Assembly (NCBI GenBank): GCA_050084515.1
Contig: CM114271.1
Location: 25,544,001 to 25,608,000, forward strand
Length of the DNA: 64,000 bases
Source of the DNA: Blasia pusilla
Taxonomy: Eukaryota
Direction: 5' to 3'
The position numbers and the translations under genes are program-made. Shown one piece after another: positions 11,539 to 25,800 of the stretch (positions within the stretch are counted from its first letter, which is position 1; every line of letters begins with the position of its first letter). A model generated the notes under the pieces. The model saw nothing but the letters and a program-made list of their open reading frames with translations, was not told the origin of the DNA and ran no database searches.

Positions 11539-14325
11539 TCATGATGATAAGATAAATTAGTTAGCATGCACGTGCTTGTGCAGAAAATTATTTATTTTTA
11601 ATTAGTATGCTAACTTGTGTCCGGAAATGAATTTCCTTATAATCTAGAAGTAACTTTTATGAAAAAAATAAAATAAAATTCCATTTTTATAAATCTCAAA
11701 AGAGTGACAGTATTTCCCTTTTAAATAAAACCCAACTCTTGTAAATAATTTCACTCCTCCGTAGCCATTTCCATTAAGTTAGAAAATTTTAAAGGGGTCG
11801 TTGAGGTTACATCAATTCGTTAGGGGCCCCCTTGAGTGAATTTATCCCATTTCTATTCTTCCCTTTCCACTTTTCCAACCAAAAAAATCCATTAATTAAA
11901 TTCTAATTTTAATCAGCTCAACCATTCCCCTTTTCCATTCCAATTCATTTTCCTTTCCCAAAATATGGAATCTGAAAACACATGATTAAATTTTAAAATA
12001 ATTATAATTTTCATTTCAAAGTTTAAATATAAATTTTATTTTCTCGAATCTCAAAAGAATAATCACATTCTGCTCTTCTTAGTTATTCCTCTTCTCACTT
12101 CAAATTTAAATGATATTCCATTCCGCTCAATGATTCCATCCTTCCATAAAATTAAGAAAGCATTTCATCCATTTCCATTAAAATAGACTTTCCCTCCCAT
12201 CAAATATGAGTAAAATAAATCGATTTAAGTTTTTGGGTATCTTTTATTTATCTTATCATTATTATTATTTCCTATATGCACTTTTCATGATCGACGATAA
12301 TAAAATTTAGTATTTATATAAAATTGTTTTTATTTATAATATGTATTTTTATTCCATTTAATTTCAATTTTCTACCCATCTTATAAGGTCAAGAAAAAAA
12401 GTTATACCCATCTACCCAAGTTGCCTTTTTTTTCCTATTATCTTACCATTTTGCTGTTTTGTGCCTATGGATTGGCCCCCTATTCATTTTGTTTTGTTTG
12501 ATCCTTGCCTAAGGTGACAAAAATATTTTTGAAAAAATCTTGATGACAAATTTGAGACGGGGGCAACTAAAAAAACGAATTCCATCCTCCAATTAGTACT
12601 AGTGTACTACCTGTGCTATGCACGAGTGAAAGGGCGCATCACATGTTAAACCACTTGTTAAGCCTCGATCTGCTAAGTCATGTGTTAGACACTACACGTG
12701 TCAACACCACCATACGAGGCAAAAATGCACTCATGTCGACGCAAGAGGAAGAGGTTCTCAAACCCCCAACCTTTTTTAATAGTATAGATACTTTCCACTT
12801 TTTCTAGTAAAATTATTCTAAAAAGTCGATAATCAAAATCACAATAGGAATAGCATGATTATTTACCACTCTACAAACGCGTAAGGAGTTCCCTTGTTGT
12901 TTTCTATACGACACCCACCCTCCAAGTCCATCTACACCATCTAAATTCCTCGTCGTGCTAACTCACTTGGGTCACACTTCTACCCTCCATTACATGGCAA
13001 ACTGATGTTAAGAACTCGACTTAGATTCATTTAACTCAGAGGTATACCAAAAGCCGTGTTTATTAGTAAAATAAATGTGCAGATTTAAACACACATATGC
13101 AAATATATAGAGGATGATAAGAACCCTAAAGCTTTGTGCGTAAGATAGTTCGAGAGAGAGAAGTGGGGAAAACATCAAAAGAGTACGTGTCCGTGGACAA
13201 AAACACCTATTCTCGATTTTCGGTTGTCTTATGTACGGAAGAAGCTACACTATGCGCAACCAACTTCATCTATACTATAATGCGAGGAAGGGGGGGTTAC
13301 CCCTTTTGGAAAAAATAAATCCCAAAGAAGTGAAGCCCTCCATAAATAATCTATAATATTAACGAAACATGGGGGTTCTAAAGAAGGAGAAAATAAATTC
13401 TATCTATAAGAAGTGAAGCCAACCTAATAAAAAAATTTGTATTGTTTGGCTGTAAGGGACCCTTATTTTTCCTCCAAATCAAATCTCCGATCCTTTCGTT
13501 TTTGGCTGAAAACGAGACCCAAGTCTATTTTTTCTGTCCGAATCTAATCTGCTCTGTAAAAAGTGTTTCATTAGTTACATGTGTCATTACAACAATGCCG
13601 GCCTATTGTATCCACACAAGTGTGTGATAGGTATGATTGTTGCTCCGGTATAACTCGATCATGCACAGGCAAAGTTTGAGACGTTCAACCTTCAAAGTTG
13701 GTGTGAAGTGAGTCTCGTCTGTAGGTGGAGGTGAAATTGTAGGAACACAGGGCCGAGGGCAAGTTTTCTTTCTCCCCCATTGCCATCGTTTCTTTGACGT
13801 GAGATTCGGCTTGTAAAATTGATGTCGAGTCGGCAAGATTGTGTATCGAAACTCCAGTGTGTCTTGATCCCGCTCCTTATTTGCCACCCTCTCTCGGTCC
13901 CGACATCCTACTTCGAGGCTCCGATGATCGATGGATTGAAACCTTGCTGTGGGCTCTCTTGTCTCCTCCATCTTTCTTGCTTCTGTCTCTATTTCCTCAA
14001 TCCTTTTGGTTCCTCTCGCGTTCTTTGTCCTCACCTCGATTGCGTTTGGTTTTATGATTGTTTCCATGGCCATCATCTTCACTCTTTATGTTTGAACTCT
14101 TGATACACTCTCTGTCACCCTACACTCTACCACCATCCCCATTGATCTCCTTCAGGATTCTCCACAGTTTTCTCTAGATAATCAAATGTTAAGATTGGGG
14201 ATGTAGAGGTAGACGGGCCAGCTTCAATATCGAGATCGCGAGCTTCCATGACACGAGCCAGATTTGATGGTCCCTTTGCTGCCCTTGGAACTCCGCCAAA
14301 AATTGGGTTTGTTGTTGCCTATTGC

Positions 14326-14328
<3 letters not shown>

Positions 14329-14374
<46 letters not shown>
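14329..14374. repeat. (CT)n microsatellite
   Basis: About 23 CT units read directly. Confidence 0.97.
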
Positions 14375-14376
<2 letters not shown>

Positions 14377-15015
14377 AGAAGTATGATTTTAGTGGATCTC
14401 TAGCGTTTCTTTCATCCTTTCGGAGGTCCAACGGAAATTGCATATCATTGCAGTCCCAGAGCACATGAATTCACCAACGAACTCTTCTCCTATGACTGAT
14501 TTCCCATCTTACCCCATACCTTAGACAACATCTGTCTTCAATCGCGGCTTTGGATCTGCGTGCAAAGGATTGGACTGACACAACATAGTGAGCTGCAATG
14601 CAAGCAGCTGCGGAGTACGTAGCCAACCATGGTGAACCTAGCACATTCAGACCCAGCCAGAGAAAGTATAGATAGTAGGGATTGTACAACACGACCACAA
14701 ATGTCTTCAATCCGCATACTTCACCTCCAAATTTCCTACAATTGCATGCAATTACAAATTTGGCTATTTCGTAGACTCCGAGGGGGAAAAATACGTCCGA
14801 ATCTCTAACTCGGAGATGTCTGGATACACCTTGTTGGTGTATCTAGACAAGGTGTTTTGAATCATCATCCCTTCCTTCCTACCGTACAGATAGTCAATGA
14901 TCAGATTTCGAGCACAAAAACAAAAGCTCTTTGTTCCGCTGCCTGCTTCCCATGGGACTCGACCCGCAAAGACTCAATCCCAGCCCATCTGATCTGAAAT
15001 GCTTGTAATCTGCAG

Positions 15016-15392
15016 ATGCCAAGCGTCTCATCGGGCATAGATTCACGGATGCCTCTGTGCAGAGTGACATCAAGTTGTGGCCTTTCAAAGTTTCTCCAGG
15101 GCCTGACCAAAAGGCTATGATCACAGTAATGTACAAGGGAGAGGAGAAGACCTGCGTAGCTTAAGAGATCTCCTCCATGGTCTTGATCAAAATGAAGGAA
15201 ATCGCTGAAGCTTTTTTGGGAATCACCATCAAGAACGTTGTGGTCATAGTGCTTGCGTATTTCAATGACTCGCAGAGGCAGGCTACCAAGGATGTCGAAG
15301 TTATTGTTGGTCTGAACATGATGCGAATCATCAACGAGCCAACCGCTGCAGCTATTGCTTACGGTCTCAACAAGAAGGCTACCAGCATTGAA
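15016..15392 (+). pseudogene. HSP70: Cytosolic HSP70 gene fragment (start of exon 2)
   Basis: [71 protein letters not shown]; preceded by a tgcag acceptor, in-frame TAA near 15162, truncated after KKATSI. Confidence 0.93.
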
Positions 15393-17258
15393 TTCCTACA
15401 AAACTAGCATACTTATTACCCAACTAGCATCGAATTCATTAAAAAAAATCTATGTGCCGCAAACTCGTAGCAGTGCGGCTGAATTGCTGAAGAATCCCGT
15501 AGAGACTAGATTGAGACAAGTCCGAGACATGGATACCACTCCCAACGTAGAAGCGCTGACCTATGTGATCCCATGACAAAAAATAAGTGTGAAATCCTTG
15601 AAGTACTTGCAACACATCCAATACCTATCGCGAGCAAATAAGTGTTGGTTACAAGCGCTAGAACGGTAAAAGTCTACGCTTCCAGCCAACTGAGGCCAAT
15701 GAATTACAAAGCTTTGGGAGGTAGTTCTAGATGAAAGGTGCTCATTGTTTGAATACTTACAAGGTTTCCAATACCATGTTGCAGGAACAACTCAGCTTTC
15801 ACCTTCCAGTAAGTTGCCTGCTCTTCGGGATACCAACTAGGCAACTCAATTTAGTACAGTATGTTGCTCATGTCTTGACCAAAAAGAAGTTGTTTCTATC
15901 ACTCTGTTTCATTATCTCTAATGGGCAGAGACCTAATTAAAGGTTCTCCCTCGACGTGTGTAAACTTCCCACTCCTCAATGAAAGGAGAAAACCCCAAAC
16001 TGAGTAACGAGGGAGTTTTGTGTGCTAAAAATTGGCGCCGGTGCAATGAGCACGAGCATTCTCACTAGTGTGTCTTATTCAAGGATGGTCTCTGCAGAAT
16101 CTGCATAGCGTGTAAGAAAACGGAAGTCGTATTGTGGAAGATATCATCCTCACTCCCGTGCTCCAGTGCAGCTTTTCCGTAGAGTTTGCCTTCCAAGTTC
16201 CAAGTTCCCGACTTCCCACCAGTCAAGCTCTTCTCAGCGTCTGCCTGCTCTACGTAGACACGAGACTCGCCCAGCCACACGGACGGATAGAGATGCAGTG
16301 CCGCACTACACTGTGCTAACTGTAGCCAAGTAACTGCTGGTCCTGAACGAACCATATTACACGTACACAATTTTCCACGGTATCCGTCTGACCCGATTTC
16401 ACCATTAGCTGTGGGATGGGTGCCCCTCAGACTGCCCTTATGCTGCCCGTGCCCGCCTCACTGTTGCTCTTGTCCACTGTCTTTTCCCACCACAGTGACC
16501 GCACCACCTTCTCGTCTCAGGTTACCTGGCGGTCGTATCTAGACTTGACTCCTCTCCGGGCTGTGAAGTCTCAATGCGGGACCCACCGGGATGTGACCCG
16601 TGATCGAGGTTCTCTGCACCTACGCCCCGTGCGGGGTCCACACGGCACGTCGTCGGATTCCTCCGGGGGAAGGATGGAACTCTAGGACTCCGGGACAGGG
16701 CTTGCGGCGCTTCTCGCTCCGTAGAGTACTCGAGAAGCCCTGCGTATGACGTAAAGCGCCGAGAAGAGAAAGAGAAAGAAAGAAATAACGACGAGCAGTT
16801 TTCGTACGCTAGCGGCGACGATTTTGCTCGCGGTTTTGCCACATCGTCTCGTACCGCGAAAGTCGCCCCTTTAATTTAATTTAATTTAATTTATAGAATA
16901 TTGCGAGGTAAGGGGGGTCGCGTAAGCGCACCTTCGCTCACCGGAACCGCCTCTGTGGGACTGTGGGAGGCTCCAGCTCCATATTCTCGACCTACCGGGA
17001 CGGCTCGACTTAACGGAATGGGCTCCGGTCAAAGGGAGAGATGTTCCCACAGCTCCTTAGCCAGTGGCAACTTTTCTTCATGATTTGTACGCCTTTGACT
17101 TCCATACATTTCGGAGGACTCCTGAGGCCCTTGGCTGTCTCGGGAAATCCAACTCTCTCATCATTTTCAAATCTGGATTTTCGCCGGCAAGCTAGTATTT
17201 TCAATTGAGTCGGAATGAGTCATTCTTGTAATGCATTCATACATCTGATTAGAGAGAG

Positions 17259-17428
17259 CATTTCCACCCCCTTCCCAGTTTATTCCAGGGAAATAAATTT
17301 TTACTAGATCATTTCCACCCCCTTCCCAGTTCATTTCAGGGAAATAAAGTTTTACTAGATCATTTCCACCCCCTTCCCAGTTCATTTCAGGGAAATAAAG
17401 TTTTACTAGATCATTTCCACCCCTTCCT
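17259..17428. repeat. 51-bp minisatellite, about 3.3 copies
   Basis: Unit CATTTCCACCCCCTTCCCAGTTCATTTCAGGGAAATAAAGTTTTACTAGAT starts at 17259, 17310, 17361 and 17412. Confidence 0.93.
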
Positions 17429-20400
17429 TCCCCATAATTCCAGTGAATTAAGTTTTGTTGGATGATTTCTTTGTCAAACAAATCAAAAGAGTTGGCGTTA
17501 GGAGTCGACATGAAATCTACTCACAAAACTCTAGTGGAATCTCTCGAGGGAGGCAAAACCCCCCTCTCCAAATGTTTCGTGCAGTAGACTGATATGCGTT
17601 GGCTCTATAGGAAGCAGAGCTCAGAAGAAAACCTAAGCGACGGGCAAAAGTGTTTTTTAGGTGCTCAAATTATAGTGGGTTCTAACACAGGTGGGCTAAT
17701 TCGTTGGAATTAGGGACAAAATTTAGCCTGATGGCTCTTTATTGGGACCTCGCAAAGTCAGGATGGGAAAGACTTTTTCACTCCCACCGACTAGGAGTTT
17801 GTGAGGGGGGTGGAAATGCTCTTTTATTGCTCTTAGTCTCCTAGACGGCTATTTTTAAATCCTTGGTTTCGATAGACGAGTCCCTTCATAATCCATATTC
17901 TTGTCGAATTTCAAGGATCTAGGTTTGAAGGTGGGTTCCTTTCATTCCTTTTCATTGATTCTATACCTAGACGTTAAATTTTTATTTATTAAAAATTAAC
18001 AAAAGGAAAAGGGGAAAACCATTCTTAAAAGGAAATGGAAGAGAACTGAAAAGATAGAGTATTACGATATGGCACCTACTTAATGCAAAAATGGGCCTAA
18101 CTTATGTTCTATAAAATTTTTTTATGAGTGTCATACGTAAGGAATATTGTGATGAGCCTCTTGTTGGCATGTAATATGATTTGTAGTACATGAGAGAATA
18201 TCCGCATGCCCTATTTGCAAGGTTAGGCAACTTATGAGGGAAGGCGTCTTGTTTAAAAATAATCTCTTTATTATGAGAATGAAATTGGCTTGATTATAAT
18301 CTTCAAGAGAGCTTAGGATGGAGATCTTTTAGAATGTTTGGAGATCTTTTTTCATTAGATTACATACATGTCTAGCTTCCAAATTTTATTGGGGTAAATA
18401 GCTCATCAATTTTATGGATGAAAAAAAAATGTATGTAACATAGTAATGTGTATGATATATCTTCAAAAGGTTATTTTCTTTATTATGTTTTAAAGCTAGC
18501 TATAGAAAACCCTATCATAAAATGTTTATATTTGATTCCTTGGATCTTTTATGAAATAAACTCTATTTTCCTCTATTCCCTTATCTCATCTTCCCTCTAG
18601 TATTGAAAATTTCACATGTTTAAAAAATGCTCTTATAAAACTTGTATTGTTGAAAATCTGTCATTTTCCTCTCTCTCTTCCCATTCCCTACTAAACATTT
18701 TCCCTTCTTTCTCCTTCCTACTTCTATTGAAAAAAAAACCTTAAGAAGATGCCTTCTCTTCATTGATAATTTATCTCATTCTCTTTTTCTTTTTTTTTGA
18801 AAGCTAGTAAGATATATGGAAAATGTATACACAAACAAATGGATAGTTAAACCTAATTGGTCAAATATATCTATCTATATTATTATTTTATTATTGGAGA
18901 GTGTTTTTTCATTTTGACACATGTCCTTTTTTGTCTATGGAGTTGCTAATTCGAATTCAATCTTACACTTGAAATAAAAAATTCAAAATTATACATCAAT
19001 TCATAGCATGTAGTATTAAGAGGTTGTGTTTTGTCTCCATTTGACATATGTATGATTTAAACTTTACTTGAATTATGTCGAGTATTAAGGGGAGGATATA
19101 TTCTTGATTTATAAATACTTCTCTACTCGAAACATAATGAACGGTTGAAAAAGCATTTCATAACACATTAAATTTTATTTTTTATTTTGAATTGTTAACG
19201 GATGATTATTGATATCTTGCATATGAATGTACTTACATTCTCCTCTAATGCACTCTTTTAAATTTATTTCCTTGCTCTTGTTTCTATGTGCGGTAAAATT
19301 ATCGAAAAATACAAAGATTTTTTTTAAAAGAGTAGAAACTAAATTTAATCTTGATCTCTTTTCATTTGAACCAGATTAGCGAAATTGAAACAATGAGAAA
19401 ACCACAAATGAGGAAGAATTATTAGTTGGACTAACTTCTCGCTCAAGGTACAAAACTCAAAGCATAATAATATAGATTCCTTTGTTTTTCTAATTATGGA
19501 CTCGGGAGTGATGAGAAAAGAACGGAACCGATTTGATTTGATCGTGGCGGGGTGCCGTCAGAATGCATGGGGAGTCGCTCGTGGACGCCCTGTAGATTGC
19601 GACTAGTGTGGTTGTTGGTAGTTGGGGATGGAGAAGGGAGTCGGAGGAAATCTCCTCGAGTTTTGCGGTGGCGCTCGTGCGAAGTTTCGCGTCGTTATGG
19701 ATCGCTGGGATAAATGAAAAACTAAATAAATAAAATAGTGCTTCGGTTGGGAGGAATTGGAATCTGTTGATCTTGTGGGGAGGGAGTGCTTTGATTGCTT
19801 GTTCGTGGAGCGGATTCATGCAGAGTTCCGTGTGATTTGTTAGCGATCTTGGGAGATCGGAGAGAGTCCGGTGTGTCGATAATTGGTGATATGTTCGTAG
19901 TTCTCTGGCGGTAGAATTGGATTTTGGAAAAGAAACTGGCTGGAGACCGCGAGGAAGGAGCAGAGGATCAAGAATTTGCTGCGGATGGAGTAGCTCTGGG
20001 AACTGAGGGCAGAAGGCAAGCGCAAGCGATGACTACAGAGGTGTTTACGGTGGCAAGAAAGAGCCCTCCATCTGAACGTGGTGGGGTTGGAGAGACGGCA
20101 GGGCAGGCCCACCCCTGTGTGACTCTTTTGCCTTTTCTTGGCAATGAAATCCAGGTTGTTGTCATGGAGTGGTTGGCTTACGATGGTAGTAAAGTTTTGT
20201 AGTGCTCTCCAGTGAAATTCGCTTTCAAAATACCAGATCCATAGAGCACGAAATCCTGCGGAAAGTATCGCGAAGAATTTAACTGTGAATGATTATGAAA
20301 GCCACTAGTTGTCATGTGCAGTTGAGAATGTGAATTGAATTTCCGCTTTCGCTCCAAATTGATGGATGAGAAGATTCAGCGTATGTACTTTTTGTTTCCA

Positions 20401-20724
20401 GTTCTGGATTGCGTATGGGCGTGTAGACCATATCTTGGTTGGTAGAGGAAGAATGTGGTCGCAAGGCAATATTTAATATTTAGTCTTGGTGTGAAATTGT
20501 GGCTCTGCGCACGCAACGATTAGGGTCGACGAACCCACCCTAAACGCACACCATAATCCAGCTATTTCTACTAGGCAGTTCACTAAATAGAAAGATCCGA
20601 AATCTCAAACGTCTTGACTTCTATAGTTCCCTCTCCCATTCTATCTCCCATTCTTAGTGCGCTGTCCAATTTGGCAGAAGGATGCCAAACGATTACCGGC
20701 TCAGCACAGGCTCTTCGTATTTGA

Positions 20725-20890
20725 CATAAACAAATAAAGATGCACTTCGATAAAAACGTGTGATGGAAAACCCATCGGAAGTACAAAAGAGGGGGACTCA
20801 AAGAGTCAAAACCTGAAGGCCACAACAAGACCAGAAAAGGAAGAAGGGGCATTCCCCCCTAACGACGAAACTCACCAACAGCAAAGACAA
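20725..20890 (-). mobile_element. 5'-truncated copy (3' UTR only) of the CRE-like non-LTR element
   Basis: Near identical to about 22830-22985; flanked by the 7-bp direct repeat TATTTGA (20718-20724, 20891-20897). Confidence 0.85.
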
Positions 20891-22815
20891 TATTTGATAG
20901 GACAGTAGGAAAGACACGTAGAGTACTAGAGAGGTTTGGAGAAGAATGTGTGGATGAGCGTTCTGCCCTCTCACGAAAATTCAGGATTGATAATTACTAG
21001 AGGGCCAATCTGTTCGAAGATCGTCATGGAAGACTTGATGTTACAGAGTTTGTTGTAATCTTTTATCTGATGCGGAGATCTGAATTGTCGGTCAAGTGGT
21101 TGTATCTAATTTCATCGAAACATCACGCGAGTGAAAGTGTCGGCAGACTTTAGGCTCGTGCTGAAACATAACTATGTAGTGCTTGCAGGACTTATGTTGT
21201 CTCACAAGACTAAAAATCTGCGTTATGCTTGAAGGTGGGAAGCAATCAAAATGGCTCTGTTGATGATGGGGGTACAATGCTGCAGACAATTGGGTCTGCC
21301 TTGGCTTTAGAGACACCTGAAGATGACGATGATGTATAATCACAGGTAATTTGGAGGTTGAAACTCACATAATTGTATTTGGAAAGGTCGGGAACTGTTT
21401 TCAGTCTCCTTTGTTCATGCAAAGGTTTGGTGCTCTCTCTGCTAGATGACGTTCCGTACTCAGATTCGTGGAACAAAAGAGGTAGGCTCTATGGTCAAGT
21501 AGAGATTCTTCAAGGGTTTAATTTAAATTGAGCGGGCTGTATGGGATGCAGTTGCCGAAGGAAGGTGTAAAATACTTACGTTTTCTCCCTTCTTAATGTG
21601 CAGGTGGTATGATTCCCAGCAGCATCTTGTCAAGGCAAAGCAGTTTCAGATGTCTGTGACTCGGAAGCAGGTGGTGTACGGCAAATCTATCCATCCCTTG
21701 GCATAGAAACTACGTTGTCTTTCAAGGATTGGAAAGGCCGTGTTCATTGTTTCAATTGTGGCATGTCGAGATTGTCACTTAGAGCCACGACTTATTGTGT
21801 CCCGGTATGTATCTGTGTCAATGTAATCCACAACTTGCCACTGAAATTTCGTCACTCTCACCAAGGTAGGGAAGAGTTATTGAGAGGTAGCTTGAACACT
21901 AGATAATTTGATTTCAATGTCTGGAAGTGGGCAGCTTGAAATCTTATACGGTTTCTAATGTGTCAAGTGGTGATGCAATGAACTGAAACAGGAATGGAGA
22001 GGATTGCAGAACTGTGTAGATGGTAACGAGGATGAGACGTACTTCCTCACATCATGGTAAGTTACGGTGAGTGTTTTTTCTGGATTAGCCTGCGTGGTTT
22101 GATGGATAAATGATTTACACCAGCTTATCTAAATCGGCTGATTGAGGATGTGACCTCTAGCTTCATCTGTCTTCACTGAACTATGCTAATGTTGCTAAGC
22201 TGGTAACACCAGAGCTGTTCAACACATTCAGCAGCCTAAATTCACTGCCCAAGGCTGCTGCACTGGTAAGTATTGTGTATTGGGGATCCCAATCAGGTTA
22301 AGTAGATGGTGTCGTAAAGATCTTCCTGTTTGACACTTGGAAGCTCCGCACCTACACTTTGTATGGTCAGCACTCACACTATGTAAAAGGGTCTCCCTCC
22401 TCTCATGTGGTACCTTCTTCACTTCTTCCTTTCCCTACACCCATCCCAGTCTTAGCACCATCCAACCAGGGCGCGGGGTTTATGGTCACGAGGCTACGAC
22501 AGGCACTACTTAATGAGTACAGTCTCTTCACTGAACAGGTGTGGCCTCTGGCAACATGATTTTGTTAGCTTTTGCTTTAAACTCTCTGTAGATTGGTTTC
22601 GGGGATTTGATGTCACTCGCTTAATGATGAACAAGCAATGAGTTAATTGTTTGACTAGACTTCTGCAGTATGAATTTGATGGAGGTGATTGAGAACGGTT
22701 GGGAAATGATGGTGAGCTTGGCATGGATATGTGGTTGGAAGGTTAAGCCAGCAATGCCATTTGCTTCTTGTTGAAGGGTTCTTGTTCTAGAGCATTCCAG
22801 TAAACCATCCATTGA

Positions 22816-25800
22816 TAATAGGATAAACAAAGATGCACTTCGATAAAAACGAGTGATGGAAAACCCATCGGAAGTACAAAAGAGGGGGACTCAAAGAGTC
22901 AAAACCTGAAGGCCACAACAGGACCAGAAAAGGAAGAAGGGGCATTCCCCCTAACGATTTAAACTCACCAACAGCAGAGACAATATCAAGCAACAACAAG
23001 AGAGCTATGACTACTACTAAGTGGGCCTCTAGTGTCGGCGTCTCCCACTGAGCCGAGCCGCCGCAAAATCCCATTAGCCTGGGCACGCCGCAACGCTATG
23101 GAGACCAGCGCCTACAATACAGAATCGCAGAGTTAAGGACAACCCATTTCTCGAGTGGAGATGATGGGCGCAGATCCATAAGGAACGAAGTCGAACCTCT
23201 CCCCCATAGCCCCATACATCTCTATGGCCAGGGGATGAAGATGTGTCCTCGTGTAGTCGACTATAGATATGTGTCTTCTTCGCCGCCCGCCGCCGCCGCT
23301 CCTTGTAGCATTCGCCTTGGGCCACCACTTGGGCTCGCATTGCCTCCCGCGTAGGATCTGCGTGACTACCACGTCGCCACAACCACCTTAGCCTCACGTG
23401 TCATGTAGAGATCGGCACGAATGAGGGAATCCCGCATGGAGTAGTGCTCTCTCTCTGCATATGGAAGCCACTCTCCGAGCAACATCGAACATGATATTCC
23501 GACCGCATTCGTGAGTGGCTATCCTCTCACCCCTAATCGACAGCGTGCCAAATGCACACCAAGTGGATCCAGGCTCGGCGACACTCATGTGTGTCGAACC
23601 AACCACCGATGGTTGGGGAGGCCCAAGCGGAACCGCATCTGTGGTATAGGTAAGTGGTGCGATACGGAAAGCCTGGAGAAGGGGGCGCGCCCCTACCCAT
23701 GAGCCTGCCCCCTTTCCGGAGCAAGAGCGAATACGGGCCCTAACCTCCATGGGGATATTCCGTAAGATATAGTGCCTCTAAAAATCGCCTCAAAGTGGGC
23801 TTCCATCAAGGAAGATTGGAGCCCAGGATCGACCGGAGGTAACTAAGGAGGAGAAAGTGGGGAGAACGGCTCGGCCTCAACTCGAAGGAATCTCTACAAG
23901 TTGTGAGTGAAGATTGAAGTGGGAAAGAGCCATCCTCGACCGGGAGACGTAGTGTAGAAGGAGCGGTCTATCTCTAACCAAAAATCGAGCAAAGGAGGGG
24001 TGCCACTATGGCCCAACTCCCTAAAAAAAAACGGAGGGCGCCACTAACTCGGTCGAGAGAAGACCTACTCCACCAAAAGAAATCGGCCAAGAGGCCTGTC
24101 TACGAGCTAACTCCCCCATGGGGCATTCTAAGGAGCCGGGTCCTAGAAGATCCCCAAACACCTGCATGAGCTTCCTATCAAAGGATCTATATAGGGAAGA
24201 AAGGTGACTAGATGTCCAGACAGTTCTAGTGAGGTAACCAGGTCTACGAGCAAAACAAGAAGAGAGAATGCCGAAGGCGATTTGAGGGTCACCAATCCTC
24301 GTAAGATCATCAACGTGGAGAAGATCCTCGGTAAGAGCCGTTGCCACGAAAGTCGATACAAAGTCCTGGCTCCCGAGCGGTACTCCCAAGACTCGAAGCC
24401 CTCCGACAGGTCGCAAGAAGCCGTCGGGTAAATGTAGATCATCACGTAGGCCTGATGGAGACCAAGCCTTGCACTTCCCCACCTTCACCGCCAGGCCGAC
24501 ACGTGCCAACTGTGTTGAAAAGTGCTCGAATGCAGGGACAACCAGATCTCCAGGACCAACAATATGAGTATCATATGCCAGCGAAGGGAACATGCAACCC
24601 GGGAAAGCCTCCACCGTAGAAAGAACCGCTCGGTAATGAGCCACAACAAACAACGCGCCACCCAGAGGGTCACCCTGACGAGTCCCGGTAGCAGACTCAA
24701 AGACCGTGACCTCCTCCTCGAATCGACCATGGTGGAAATAGAGGGCCGAAGGGGCCCCATAGAAAGCCTGGACAAAGGGAATGAGGCTCGCCATGGGGCC
24801 ACCCGCGTCCCTCAACTCTGTGAATATAGTAGCCCGAGATACTGAGTTGAAGGCGTTCTCCACGTCCACTTGGAGAACCACCCACTCTGGATGTACATCT
24901 AGACAAGCCCTCAAACCTAAGGCAACGCTCACATCCCGGCGGCGTGGCAACTCAAAGCGATGCGGACTCGAGATGTGATCGAAAGCCTCACGGAATTGCA
25001 AAGCCGAGTACGACTCACCAACCGCAAGAGCACCTCACCTATGGCAATCGGACGGATACCACCACCCCCTTTGACAACGCCAAAAGTCGCCCCGCCCCTA
25101 ATACTTGGGCCATCTTTGTTGGCACTCTCCCCGAGCTAGGTGAAAGGCAACTGAAGCAACTTTCGGAGAAGCCGCTAGCGGTGTCCTCGGAAGGAAAGCA
25201 ATCACGAAGGTGTTCGTACATCATACCAGACAAACCTCCGCCGCAATCCTCGGAGAACATCCAGTGCCCGTGCAAAGAGGGACGGGTCAAGGCATATAGC
25301 CGTGTCGTGGTGGAAGTCACGTGCAAAAGCTGGAATGTCAACCGATGGACGAGGATGTAGCCCGGAGGGCATCGATGGTAACGGTGAAGAAGGAGCCATG
25401 TCCATCGGGCGAAGAGCACGTCGGCTCGCGAGTACTCACAGGCTCTTGATGTCCTACATCGCCGCAACCTGGCCGCTCGGGATCGTCCGCCGGAAACCAG
25501 GTGAACTACTACCTCTAGCGAATGCCACAAACTCACTCTGCAGAGACTCCCAATCACCTCCTCGAAAGCGTCTTAGACGTGCTATAACCTCTCTATGACC
25601 GGCCTTCCCTCCCCGAGTGTAACGAAGATACCATCGTGGAAGGAGAAGTAGTAGGTACCACGAGAGCTCATCCATAGGATCAAGGGCGATCCTAGCGAGG
25701 GGAAGGAGGAATGCGTGGCGGAGGTCGTCCCGAATAGCATGGGGGATCCTATGAAACAACCTCGGGCAGGGAAAACGGGTCTCGAAGAGACCTATAATGT

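Noticed and set aside
13603-14330. Charged 159-aa ORF next to (CT)n, possibly a LINE ORF1 start
   Set aside because: No recognisable motif and stops in the adjoining frames; cannot be supported
14471-16850. Possible minus-strand spliced gene with exon-like blocks at about 14520-14735 and 16065-16370
   Set aside because: Splice-like signals only, with no recognisable domain or consistent frame
17167-17511. 114-aa ORF with repeated NDLVKLYFPEMNWEGGG
   Set aside because: Product of the 51-bp minisatellite; no other sign of coding
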